Under the pieces are notes generated by a model. It made no database searches. It had not been told where the DNA came from and was given only the letters and a program-made list of their open reading frames with translations. From Neovahlkampfia damariscottae (Eukaryota): a DNA stretch of 20,000 nucleotides. Within the stretch, counting starts at the first letter, position 1; each line of letters opens with the position of its first letter. A program made the position numbers and the translations under genes. Below are positions 9,878 to 19,139 of this stretch, one piece after another. The DNA lies in contig JABLTG010000110.1 of assembly GCA_016618085.1 (NCBI GenBank), positions 47,093 through 67,092 of the forward strand, read 5' to 3'.

Positions 9878-12800
9878 TTATTTTTGGTTTAAAAAATCTT
9901 CTTCTGGATCTGAATGATGACTTTCATCTTCACTCATTTCTGAGTCAGAAGAACTTTCACCAATGTTTTGGTCATCAATATCTTCTACATAAAATTTTGT
10001 ATCTTTTCCATCATCACATTTTAAATAAAATACTTTGTTTCCATTGGAAGCAAGAAAACGTCCAGCTGTAAATAAAGTGATACCATCAGATGTTTCTTTC
10101 ACTTGAAAAGTCGATGAAGATTTAATATTCAAATCAAATCCCAACTTATTCGAAAAGGTCAATAAGGATCCTTTTCTTCCAACAGTGAAAACAGAAAATT
10201 GATTCATCTCAGAAGCACAAAGTTGTCTTTGTCTATTAAGAGTGATATATTTTCCTAATTTTGATTTGAATGCTATTTGATTTCCATTTTTGAAAATCAA
10301 ATCACTGGAAACAGATTGAATGGAAAATCTACTGTTCCAAACATTGTTGTCATCATACAGGACGGATTTTCCATTTTCTGAAATTCCAAGGTATTTGGTT
10401 TTTCCTTGTAATGAAATTCCTTTGTTTTCTTCTGTCAAGAAAAATTCAATATCGGTTGAATCTTCGGCATGAAGATATTTTCCATTGGACAATAATTTGA
10501 ATTTAAAATACTCGCCTGCTCGTTCAACTTTGTATTTACAATTGTCATGTAGTGATTTATAAGGTACAGCGACACCATTTTCATATCCAAAATACGTATT
10601 ATGAGCTAGAGATTTCATAGCGATGGTATCACCTTCAATGATCAAATCATAAATTGAATTTTCATCAACAAGAGATATGAACCACTTAGAAACTTTTTCA
10701 GAAGTCTTACAACTGATTAATTTATTTGATTCACTCCAACCCATGTAGTCTCCTGTCTTTGGTGATTGAATAGTATATCCATTTTTCTCTGGATTTGGTA
10801 ACGCGACTACATCAAAGAAATCAGTATTTGAAGATTCTTCTTTCAAACAATTTGTATTTTTGAATTGAAATTTTCCATTTTTTTCAGTGATTGTCACAAT
10901 CGTTGATCTTTCTGTTGATTCAACTGAAGTTAAAGTTGATCCTTCCCAATAACCACCAATAGCTGTTTTCAAGAAAATTCTTGATCCATTTTTTAACACT
11001 CCCACTGATCCTATTTTTCTTTCTGGTTCTCTTGCATCTTTTACAATTGAAATTGAATCTCCTTTTTGGTATAACGTTACAGCTGGAGTCAGTGATCCAA
11101 TTATATTCTTTGTGTAAGCAATACCTTGAGAAATCCCATTGAGATAAAATTCAATGGATTGTTTATCATGATCAACTGAAATACCAATAGAATCACCTTC
11201 AAAATATTTCGCACCATATAATTTTGCTACTCCATTGTGATACGACTTTCCATTTAACGAGTAATAAGAAAATGTTTGTTTTCCTTTTATAATAAAGGAA
11301 TTATGATCATTATGTTCTTCAGTATTTACAACACCTACCATGATATGATTTGAAACCGATTTATCAATTTTGACTTCAAAATAATTCCTTCCTTCTGAGA
11401 ATGATTGATTTGAATATGAAGTTGTTGCTGATTTGTCCTTTCCAGTATGGAAACAACTCATTCCATCTTTTGAAATATCAATCACATCCTTTTCTTTATC
11501 AATCCATTTCGCCTTTCCTGATTTTGATTTTTGTATAATTGGTTTCAGTTCGTTTTTTTTTTTGAAAAAATTGACATCATCTTTGTGAAGAAAGTAATCA
11601 ATTGCTTTTGCATTCATTCGACGATAGTCTTTATATAAACAATTCGTATCTTCATTTGGAAGTGGGTGAACTCGATCAAGTTCAATCAAATCAATTGAAT
11701 AGACTCTCAACCAAAATGGAGATTCATCTCCTTTATTGTATACAAATGGAACAATCATGTATTCACCATTTTCCAATTCTAACTCTGCAACAGATTCTCG
11801 TGACCAAGTGGCAACAGTTGATGCCACTTTGATTCCAGTAGTAATAATCTTCTTGCCTTCACATTTGTAAACTTGAAATCCGATCAAAATTGAATCATTT
11901 TTTTTGTTTGAAATCATACGTTTATCAGATTGATATAATGAAATTACAACTTCTTGTTTTGCTTTTTTACCGTTAACTAACAAATGATATTGTGGTAGTT
12001 CGTCAAGATAACTTCCGTTTGTCTTCATCTTTGTTGAAAATGAACCATCAAACATTTGTTTCAGATATTGATCTCTAAAGAACACTCTACAGACACCAAT
12101 GGTTGTCCAATATTGACAAAAATCATCATAACTCATAAAAAAAGAACCATCATTCCCAATTTTAAACCCAATTCTTTTTTTATCAGATTGTGAAACAGTA
12201 TCCCATTTAGAGCTTGAATCACTCCAATCTTTGAGCCATTCACTTTTCCCCCATGGATTTCTTATTTGAATTAAACGTGTTTGGTTCACTTCACATGTTT
12301 GTAAAATACCATAAGCATGTCCTGATAATAATCCAGTATCTCCAAAACCACTTTCATGTTTTACTCCTTTTGCAATAATAGCAGCGCCCTTTGATATCGA
12401 TAAATAATATATTTATCTTACCATGACAATGTCTTCTCTATTTCCTTTGGATAAGAGGTTCCAGAGTTTATCATTTTTATTATCATCTTGTTTCACTTTA
12501 ATTTTCCAAGCAATTCCACCTGTCAAATCGGCTAAACCCTCTTCTGTATGTCCTCCAATTAAAGCTCTGTAACCTCCATGAAGTTTAGCATATGCTTTTT
12601 CGCATAGAGCTGCCCAAAGTTCGTTGGGATTTAAACCTCTCGCAAAAGCTAATTTTGAATCCTTACTCACTGGTAAATAATCATCAATAACAATATTATT
12701 CCATTTCTCGTCTTTATAAAACCTACAACAAATTGTTCCATCAACACTGTCATCAACAAAAACATGTTTCTAAATTTTTTTTAATTTTTTTTTTTTACCA

Positions 12801-13249
12801 TTAAAACTGGTGTTGTAGCAACTACAGACATTGCTCCAATAAACCAACAATCTCCTATTGATCCTTGACAGACATCACCAGCTTCTGAACCGTCAATAAA
12901 AAGTTCAGGTTTTGGTGAAATGTCTGAAACTCTTTTCCATCCAGTTACTTTTTTGATAAGTTTTTGAGAGTTTTTATCATTTTTTCCTCCTGTGAGTGAA
13001 CTTGAAGCAGCAGGAAATTTTTTATCAGTGAAACTGATTTTGAAGTTAAAAAAAAAAAATTTACGGTTCGGAAGGTGCTTTTGATAAATCTGTCTGTTCT
13101 AAAATACAATTTACTCCAGCATCAATGTCTTCATTGTCCCATATGTCTTCTTCATGGATAAATGTTTCATTCACGTTTTTTTCTTTTCTTGTTGGTTGTT
13201 TTTTTGATTTTTTATCATATTCATAAAGAAAATACAGCTTTTTTCCCAT
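9878..13249 (-). CDS. Calpain-family cysteine protease (CysPc + domain III) with SPRY and fascin-like beta-trefoil repeats, ~1092 aa; exons 13249-13065, 13033-12799, 12769-12422, 12388-9878
   Basis: FTDKKFP, catalytic Cys QGSIGDCW, IDDYLP, LWAALCEKAYAKLHG, His GHAYG, Asn IRNPWG, GSFFMSYDDF, domain III (PQY...ISLYQ...RES...GEYMIVP) and SPRY (YFEVKI...MVGV...GDSIG...EFYLNG...PAVTL). Introns 13064-13034 (31 nt), 12798-12770 (29 nt) and 12421-12389 (33 nt) are GT-AG and frame-consistent. Confidence 0.92.
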
Positions 13250-13320
13250 GAGAAGAACTTCTTGATGATTTGTTTGATGATTTCCACCAATCAATTCCCT
13301 ACTACAGTGAAACTTGACTC

Positions 13321-13870
13321 ATGATCAATTAGAAGTCAAACTCAACAAAACAACTTGAACTCTTAAAAAAAAAACCAAGAAAACTTTCAAGAAGATACGA
13401 ATGTTGAAAATTAAAAGCAAAACTTTAATCAAAAGATGATTCTAAAAAAAATTGGGTTTCTCAAAAATCAGAAAAGATTGCTTTTTAAAAAAGAATTCAA
13501 GTAGAAGTAAAGAACCAAAAGTTGGAAACCGAAATTTAAGACTCAAAACAAGTTTTTGAGTTCAAACTTTAAAAGTTGAAAAAAAAAAAGAATTTTCAAA
13601 ACTCATCAACTTGAAATTGAAACCATTTATCAACAAGTGGGAGAATCAAAAAAAAAAGTAGAATCAAAATTTTCAAAAAGAATCAATGCTTTAACTCCAA
13701 AACTTAATACAGATCTTCCAGAAAAAAGAAAAGTGAAAATTACTGAAAAACTTGGAACTTTATCAAAGAACAACATCAAGATGCTTCAAAAATTCAACAA
13801 GTTCAAAAATCAGAAAAAGTTAAAAACAAAAAATCTGAAGAAGAAATTGACTTTATTTACAAAACATTCT
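13321..13870 (+). pseudogene. Possible decayed K/E/Q-rich coding remnant
   Basis: Unusually long gap with purine-rich, codon-like runs in changing frames (THQLEIETIYQQVGESKKKVESKF...; KEQHQDASKIQQVQKSEKVKNKKSEEEIDF), broken by stops and shifts, with no clean ATG-initiated ORF. Confidence 0.3.
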
Positions 13871-13872
13871 TT

Positions 13873-14981
13873 TTATTCTTTAATTTTAATGCAATTTTTT
13901 CCAACAGACTTTCCTGCTTCAATATATTCAAAAGCTTCTTTTGTTTGTTCAAAATCAAAAACTTTATCCATTAAAGGTTTGATTTTACCTTCAGAAATCC
14001 ATTTTGAAATTTTTTCTAAATCAGCACCATTTGTTTTAATGAATGTATAACCATAGTCAACTGATTTGAAGTATGCCATAAGTCTGGTTTTTGCACTCAT
14101 TGTATTTAACAACATTGAAACAGTGTATCCAATTTCAAGACCTGCAGAAGCAACTGCTGAACTATCAGGTACTGTTGCAATTGAACGACATATACCACCA
14201 TATTTTAGAATTGAAAAAGTTTTTTCTGCTTCTCCTGCTGTGTCTAAAAAAAATGTCAAAAAATGAATGTTGATTTTACCATAGACAAAGTCAATATCTT
14301 TCAATTTGGTTGTATAATCATCTTTAGTATAATCAATTACTTCATCTGCACCAAGAGATTTACAAATTTCAATTTTCTTTGTGCTACAAGTTGTAATGAC
14401 GTGTAAATCCATAACTTTTTTAGCATATTGAACAGCAAAAGAACCAGCACCACCAGCACCTCCAATAATTAAAACTTTATCTTTTGGTTTCAATTTAGCT
14501 GCTCTAAATGCCTTAAAAAAATAAAAAAAAAAAAATTCACAAACTTGCATGCAAGTCATTCCAACTAATGGTATTCCTGCTGCTTCAACCATATTAATTT
14601 CAGTCGGTTTAATAGCTAAAAAACATTCATTCACCACAATTTCTTCAGCAATCGATCCAATTCTTCCATAAGGAGCACAACAAAATACCTAACAAATTTT
14701 ATAAAAACAAAAAATACTTCATCTCCTTTCTTAAATTTTTGAACTTTTTTACCAACATCTAAAATAACTCCACTAAAGTCATGTCCTAAAATTTGTGGAA
14801 ATTTATATGTCATGATGATTGAAGTCATTCCTGAACGAAATTTCCAATCTAAAGGATTCAGACTTGCTGCATGAACTTCTACCAATACATCAGTATCAGT
14901 TTCAAGTTTAGGTTTTGGAAAATCTTTGGAAATTTGAATTACTGAACTATCACCAAATTTTTCGATGAATGCTGCTTTCAT
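13873..14981 (-). CDS. NADP-dependent MDR-family oxidoreductase (quinone reductase/RTN4IP1-like), 336 aa; exons 14981-14718, 14688-14545, 14511-14280, 14243-13873
   Basis: MKAAFIEKFG...VHAASLNPLDWK...ILGHDFSG...FKKGDEV, EAAGIP, nucleotide-binding VLIIGGAGGAG, LGADEVIDY, GKIKP. Introns 14717-14689 (29 nt), 14544-14512 (33 nt) and 14279-14244 (36 nt). Confidence 0.93.
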
Positions 14982-15034
14982 ATTTTTAACTGCGGAGTTG
15001 CAAGTATTTCATTGGATAACTAAAAAACATCAGA
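14982..15034. promoter_or_regulatory. Putative 53-bp bidirectional promoter with a central CCAAT box
   Basis: Divergent ATGs at 14981 (-) and 15035 (+); ATTGG at 15011-15015. Confidence 0.55.
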
Positions 15035-15844
15035 ATGACAACACCAAACAAACTTGTATTCATCCAACACAAAAGTTCAAAAGATGACGCTGAAAATATT
15101 GTGCTTATTCATGGAATGGACAGTTGTAAAGAGACTTGGACTGAAGTGATTGAATCAGAAAAATTAAAAGATTTTAACATTTTTGCTGTAGACCTTCATG
15201 GTCATGGAGAAACTCCAAATCAAAACGACACTTTTACAACAGATCAAATGGTTGCTGATATTCATGGTTTTGTTGTAGAACACTCCATTCCACCATTCTA
15301 TGTTATTGGACACTCAATGGGCGCGAGAGTAGCAATTCCTTACTGTGCTAAATATCCAAAAGATGTAAAAGGTGTAATCATGGAAGATATGCATCTCACA
15401 CCATTTCCAATTCCAAAAAAAGATCCAGAAGAATTAAAACAATTCAAAGATGTCATTGAATCTGAAGATGAATTATTCAGTCAATATAAAAAATACAATT
15501 ACAGCGAAGATAGTGTCAAAAATTGGATTAAAGATGAAAGAATAAAATTAAGAGATGGTAAATATTATTGTGGAATTCGTCCTTATGTCACTTTTTCTGC
15601 TGCAAAAAATTTACTTGGTACAAATGATGCGCATGATGCATTTGTTCAATTGGCAAAAGAAAATGTCAAAATTTTGGTATTACAAGCAGGGTCAGGGACC
15701 CCAATTAAACCAGAGAGCATCGAAGAAATGAAATCTATCAATCCGAAAATTACCCACATCACAGTGAAAGATTCAACTCATTCAATTCATAAAGACAAAT
15801 CACATGATGAATTTATTTCAATTGTATCAAATTTTGTCAATTAA
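15035..15844 (+). CDS. Alpha/beta-fold hydrolase (esterase-like, intronless)
   Basis: LIHG oxyanion motif, AVDLHGHGET, nucleophile elbow GHSMG, and a catalytic His near the C-terminus (STHSIH). Confidence 0.92.
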   Translation: MTTPNKLVFIQHKSSKDDAENIVLIHGMDSCKETWTEVIESEKLKDFNIFAVDLHGHGETPNQNDTFTTDQMVADIHGFVVEHSIPPFYVIGHSMGARVAIPYCAKYPKDVKGVIMEDMHLTPFPIPKKDPEELKQFKDVIESEDELFSQYKKYNYSEDSVKNWIKDERIKLRDGKYYCGIRPYVTFSAAKNLLGTNDAHDAFVQLAKENVKILVLQAGSGTPIKPESIEEMKSINPKITHITVKDSTHSIHKDKSHDEFISIVSNFVN

Positions 15845-15890
15845 TAAATATAAAAATTCATAAATTATTATTTAAAAATACCACTTTTCT

Positions 15891-17387
15891 TTAAAAATTG
15901 GTGATGAATCGATATTGAAAATCGTGCAATTTCCAAATTGATTGGTTCGTTCTCCTTAAAGGATAGTAAATTTTCTTGCTCGCCATTTCAATTTCTAGAT
16001 ATATTTCATGGTCTTTCTTTAGTGATTCATCAACTAATTCAATCACTGAAGCATCATTGAACACAGCAGCCAGCATTATTTTTTTATCTTTCAGAAACCT
16101 CTTATCAACATGTTCTACCATTTTTCCACATGTTCTTACTGCTTCCTTGATTAAATCATCATTATTTCTGATGGATTTGTGAACAAATGCCAAAGCATTT
16201 CCATTGGATATTACTGCTTCCATTGCAAATTCAAAATCTTTCCTGAGGTGGAATTTATGATATTTTATGACCCTCCAATCATATTTTACGATGTTAATTG
16301 AAAATTCTTTATCTTGTTTCAAAGAATTTGATACATATTTATAGAAAGTTCCATTTCGGGAACAAACCTTTTTGGCGATGACCTTGTTGCTTTTTATTTT
16401 TTTTCCAGAGAAAATAAAGGAATGTATATTGTTTTCAATTGCAAGTAAATTAATTTCTTCGTCATCTTTTAGCTCATCTGAGGCATGTTTAATAGCCAGA
16501 CCATTCTGTTTCACAGCAGCAAGAACAGCTGATTTATTCGTTTGGAAATTCGACATATGTTCAAGTAACAAACCATCAACTTCAAGATACTTCAAAGCAA
16601 TATCAATTTTATAAATATGGCATACAGAGTAAACTGAGTTTTGAATTGCCTCATTAATTATGGTAATATTTGATTTCAACGAATTATCTGCGTATTTCAA
16701 AGCCATTCCATCATTTTTTACAGCTTTTAATACTAAATCAAAATTTTTTGCATCTTCTTCTGTTGCATATTTTAAAGCACAACCGTAGGATTCAACTGCA
16801 ACACAAACAATTTCGAAATCTGATCTCAATTCTTCATGAACGTGAATGATGTTTTCTCCTTTTATTTTTACACATTTTAACATGAATGCTTTGTTTTTGG
16901 ACAATTGTTTGTCGAGTGTTGTTAAAGATGCTCCTGATTGGATTGAGTGCAAAATTAATTCATGATTTTTTTGCATTTTTAGGTTCATTATTTGTAAATA
17001 CTTTCCATCAATCTCAAGTAATTTTAAGTTAAATTCATAATTTTCTGTTATTTCTTTCTCAAAATAATTGTAGCATTTAGGATTCAACTGAAACAATTCA
17101 AACAAGAAAGTTGTTTCAAATTTCAGTTCTTCATCAATATAATAGAGTACAGTTGGATTTTGTATGATTACAGACTTGATGAATAATTTATCAGTTTTGA
17201 ATTTTGTGAATTCAATTGCCTGAGGAGTAGTTCTGATAGCAAGTTTTACAAAATATTCTTTTGATTTTATCTCTTCAGAAAAATATTCTAAAGACCTTCC
17301 ATCAAGTGATATAAAATAACGAGCAGAATTTTCGTCTGCTAAAGCTTCTTTTGACATGCTGTTAAAGAATTCTTCATTGTGCAACAT
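15891..17387 (-). CDS. DUF4116-type helical repeat protein (498 aa, intronless)
   Basis: Repeats such as 'DFEIVCVAVESYGCALKYA', 'NFDLVLKAVKNDGMALKYADNSLK', 'NKSAVLAAVKQNGLAIKHASDELKDD', 'DKKIMLAAVFND'. Confidence 0.9.
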   Translation of the reverse strand: MLHNEEFFNSMSKEALADENSARYFISLDGRSLEYFSEEIKSKEYFVKLAIRTTPQAIEFTKFKTDKLFIKSVIIQNPTVLYYIDEELKFETTFLFELFQLNPKCYNYFEKEITENYEFNLKLLEIDGKYLQIMNLKMQKNHELILHSIQSGASLTTLDKQLSKNKAFMLKCVKIKGENIIHVHEELRSDFEIVCVAVESYGCALKYATEEDAKNFDLVLKAVKNDGMALKYADNSLKSNITIINEAIQNSVYSVCHIYKIDIALKYLEVDGLLLEHMSNFQTNKSAVLAAVKQNGLAIKHASDELKDDEEINLLAIENNIHSFIFSGKKIKSNKVIAKKVCSRNGTFYKYVSNSLKQDKEFSINIVKYDWRVIKYHKFHLRKDFEFAMEAVISNGNALAFVHKSIRNNDDLIKEAVRTCGKMVEHVDKRFLKDKKIMLAAVFNDASVIELVDESLKKDHEIYLEIEMASKKIYYPLRRTNQSIWKLHDFQYRFITNF

Positions 17388-17509
17388 TTAGGTTCAAAAA
17401 TAAAATAAAATTGATTGGTGTGTGAAAAAAAAAAGTAATATTGAAGTTAAAAACAAGTTTCTAAAAATGAGCCTCTTTTTTTGCAAATACTCTTTTTAGA
17501 ATTCATCCA

Positions 17510-18973
17510 ATGAAATCATTTCTCCAACATCAACAAAAGAAACCGCTGAAGTGTTCAAGAACAACCAGAAGTTTATCAATAAGTCACTTCAATTTCAACA
17601 GAGACAATAATTTGATTTTAATACCTCTTGAAAACTCCGAGCATCACCTTAAAAACATCAACAACTTTTTTAAAAAAAGAAAAGTGTCTAAAGAAGAATC
17701 AATTCAAAATGTATTGTCTCTTTTCAAATTGAGAGATTTTGAAATAAGAAGATATGAAATTCAAAGGATTTACACTTTCAAAGATTTGACAGAAAATGAG
17801 AAAAAATTAATTAAATTGTTTGAACAGTTTTATGACTTTCATAAGAATGAAAATTCAAATGTGGAAGATAATTTTGAATTTTTTATGAATGAGATAAAAG
17901 ATGAATATGAAGAAAATTGGATTACAATACATTTTATTGTTGCTAATTATTTTTCGAATATGAAATGTGTTTCAATGGCAAACCATTTGTACCATGGACT
18001 CATTGAGAAACTGAAAAAGTTAGCATTTGAAAAAAATGGTGATGGAATCATTCAAAACGAACTTGTTTGTGCAGTAATTTATCTGGGTGTCAATTATTTT
18101 TTAGCCAATGACATCAAGAACGCAGAACGTGTTTTCAAAGAAGCCTGGGAATTAATGAAATATGAAAATGTTCACCCTATAATAGTGACAGCAATCACAC
18201 ATTATGAAGGTCTTTGTGCTCATTCAAAAAAAGATTTTGCATCTGCAGAAAAGTATTTAATGCAATCTTCAGAATACGCGGAAGAAATTCAAAATCCAGA
18301 TCAGAATATTTCCAGATTGATAGTATCCGGTTATAGGACGTTGGGGATTATTCAAAATGATCTCAAAAAATTTGATGAAGCTTTGGAATCTGCAGAAAGA
18401 GCTCATCATTTTTCAAAGAAATTTCCAACAACTTTGTTTCATTTAGATGCATTACAAAATTTGATTTTAAATTTACTACATCATTTCAAGTACACAGAAT
18501 CAAAGAAATATTTCTATATTGAATCTGAATTATATCAGAAAGTAATGCAAGACCCAAATATTTCAGAAATTAACAAAGAGTTTCTTGAGTATCATCACAA
18601 TCAAATGAACATACAATTTCATGAATCATTTGAAAATAATAGAGAAATTCTACTGTCCTATGAATTATATTTGGCATTTCTTTCAAAACATTATTCGTCT
18701 TTGGAAATACGTTCAGTTGAATTTCGATATTTTTCACATTTGGCCAAAATGAAAGAACATAATAGAGTTGATGTATATATTGCTAATACATATCAAAGGA
18801 AGATAGAATTAGAAGCATTATATTTAGAAGCTCTTTCTTCTTGCTCTGAAGAAGATGAAGAAATTTTGAAAATTGCTTTGAAATATTATGGATTTGGGAA
18901 TAAAGAAATTAAGGATTTTATTCGTATTCAGTTGATAAAAATGGACAGAATTGAAGAATCAAAAATGTACTAA
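17510..18973 (+). CDS. TPR-like helical repeat protein, possible mitochondrial presequence
   Basis: TPR-like helices ('LGVNYFLANDIKNAERVFKEAWEL', 'EGLCAHSKKDFASAEKYLMQS', 'LGIIQNDLKKFDEALESAERA'). The first ~30 aa are K/R/S/T-rich and lack acidic residues. Confidence 0.75.
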   Translation: MKSFLQHQQKKPLKCSRTTRSLSISHFNFNRDNNLILIPLENSEHHLKNINNFFKKRKVSKEESIQNVLSLFKLRDFEIRRYEIQRIYTFKDLTENEKKLIKLFEQFYDFHKNENSNVEDNFEFFMNEIKDEYEENWITIHFIVANYFSNMKCVSMANHLYHGLIEKLKKLAFEKNGDGIIQNELVCAVIYLGVNYFLANDIKNAERVFKEAWELMKYENVHPIIVTAITHYEGLCAHSKKDFASAEKYLMQSSEYAEEIQNPDQNISRLIVSGYRTLGIIQNDLKKFDEALESAERAHHFSKKFPTTLFHLDALQNLILNLLHHFKYTESKKYFYIESELYQKVMQDPNISEINKEFLEYHHNQMNIQFHESFENNREILLSYELYLAFLSKHYSSLEIRSVEFRYFSHLAKMKEHNRVDVYIANTYQRKIELEALYLEALSSCSEEDEEILKIALKYYGFGNKEIKDFIRIQLIKMDRIEESKMY

Positions 18974-19034
18974 ACTATCAGATACTTCAAGTAAAAAACT
19001 AAAAAATCTCATTCTCTTTCAAAATTTTGAATGA

Positions 19035-19139
19035 AGAAAATTCATGATGAACAACTTTGGAAATATTTTATTCATGGTTCGAGACCAAAACAAAATTATC
19101 TATTTGCAGAAAGAGAAAATTCATGATGAACAACTTTGG
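19035..19139. repeat. 26-bp perfect direct repeat (two copies)
   Basis: agaaaattcatgatgaacaactttgg at 19035-19060 and 19114-19139. Confidence 0.9.

Noticed and set aside
13637..14050. 137-aa + strand ORF as a real gene
   Set aside because: GTG start, its 3' part is antisense to the MDR gene, and the coding-like signal shifts frame; treated only as a possible remnant.
8184..14981. Fragmented ORFs as pseudogenes, programmed frameshifts or an alternative genetic code
   Set aside because: All breaks in the desaturase, calpain and MDR genes are resolved by canonical short GT-AG introns under the standard code.
8184..15844. Desaturase, MDR reductase and hydrolase as a lipid biosynthetic gene cluster
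   Set aside because: They are separated by an unrelated calpain gene, no core synthase is present, and these families are common enough for chance proximity.
193..16614. Many short antisense or alternate-frame ORFs in the track (e.g. 193-456, 1510-1794, 3266-3532, 6200-6691, 16372-16614)
   Set aside because: They shadow well-supported genes, are F/L/I/S-rich as expected for the reverse of A-rich coding DNA, and mostly start at non-ATG codons.
19035..19139. 26-bp repeats with a 53-bp spacer as a CRISPR-like array
   Set aside because: Only two copies, eukaryotic context, no cas genes, and the repeat reads as duplicated coding sequence.
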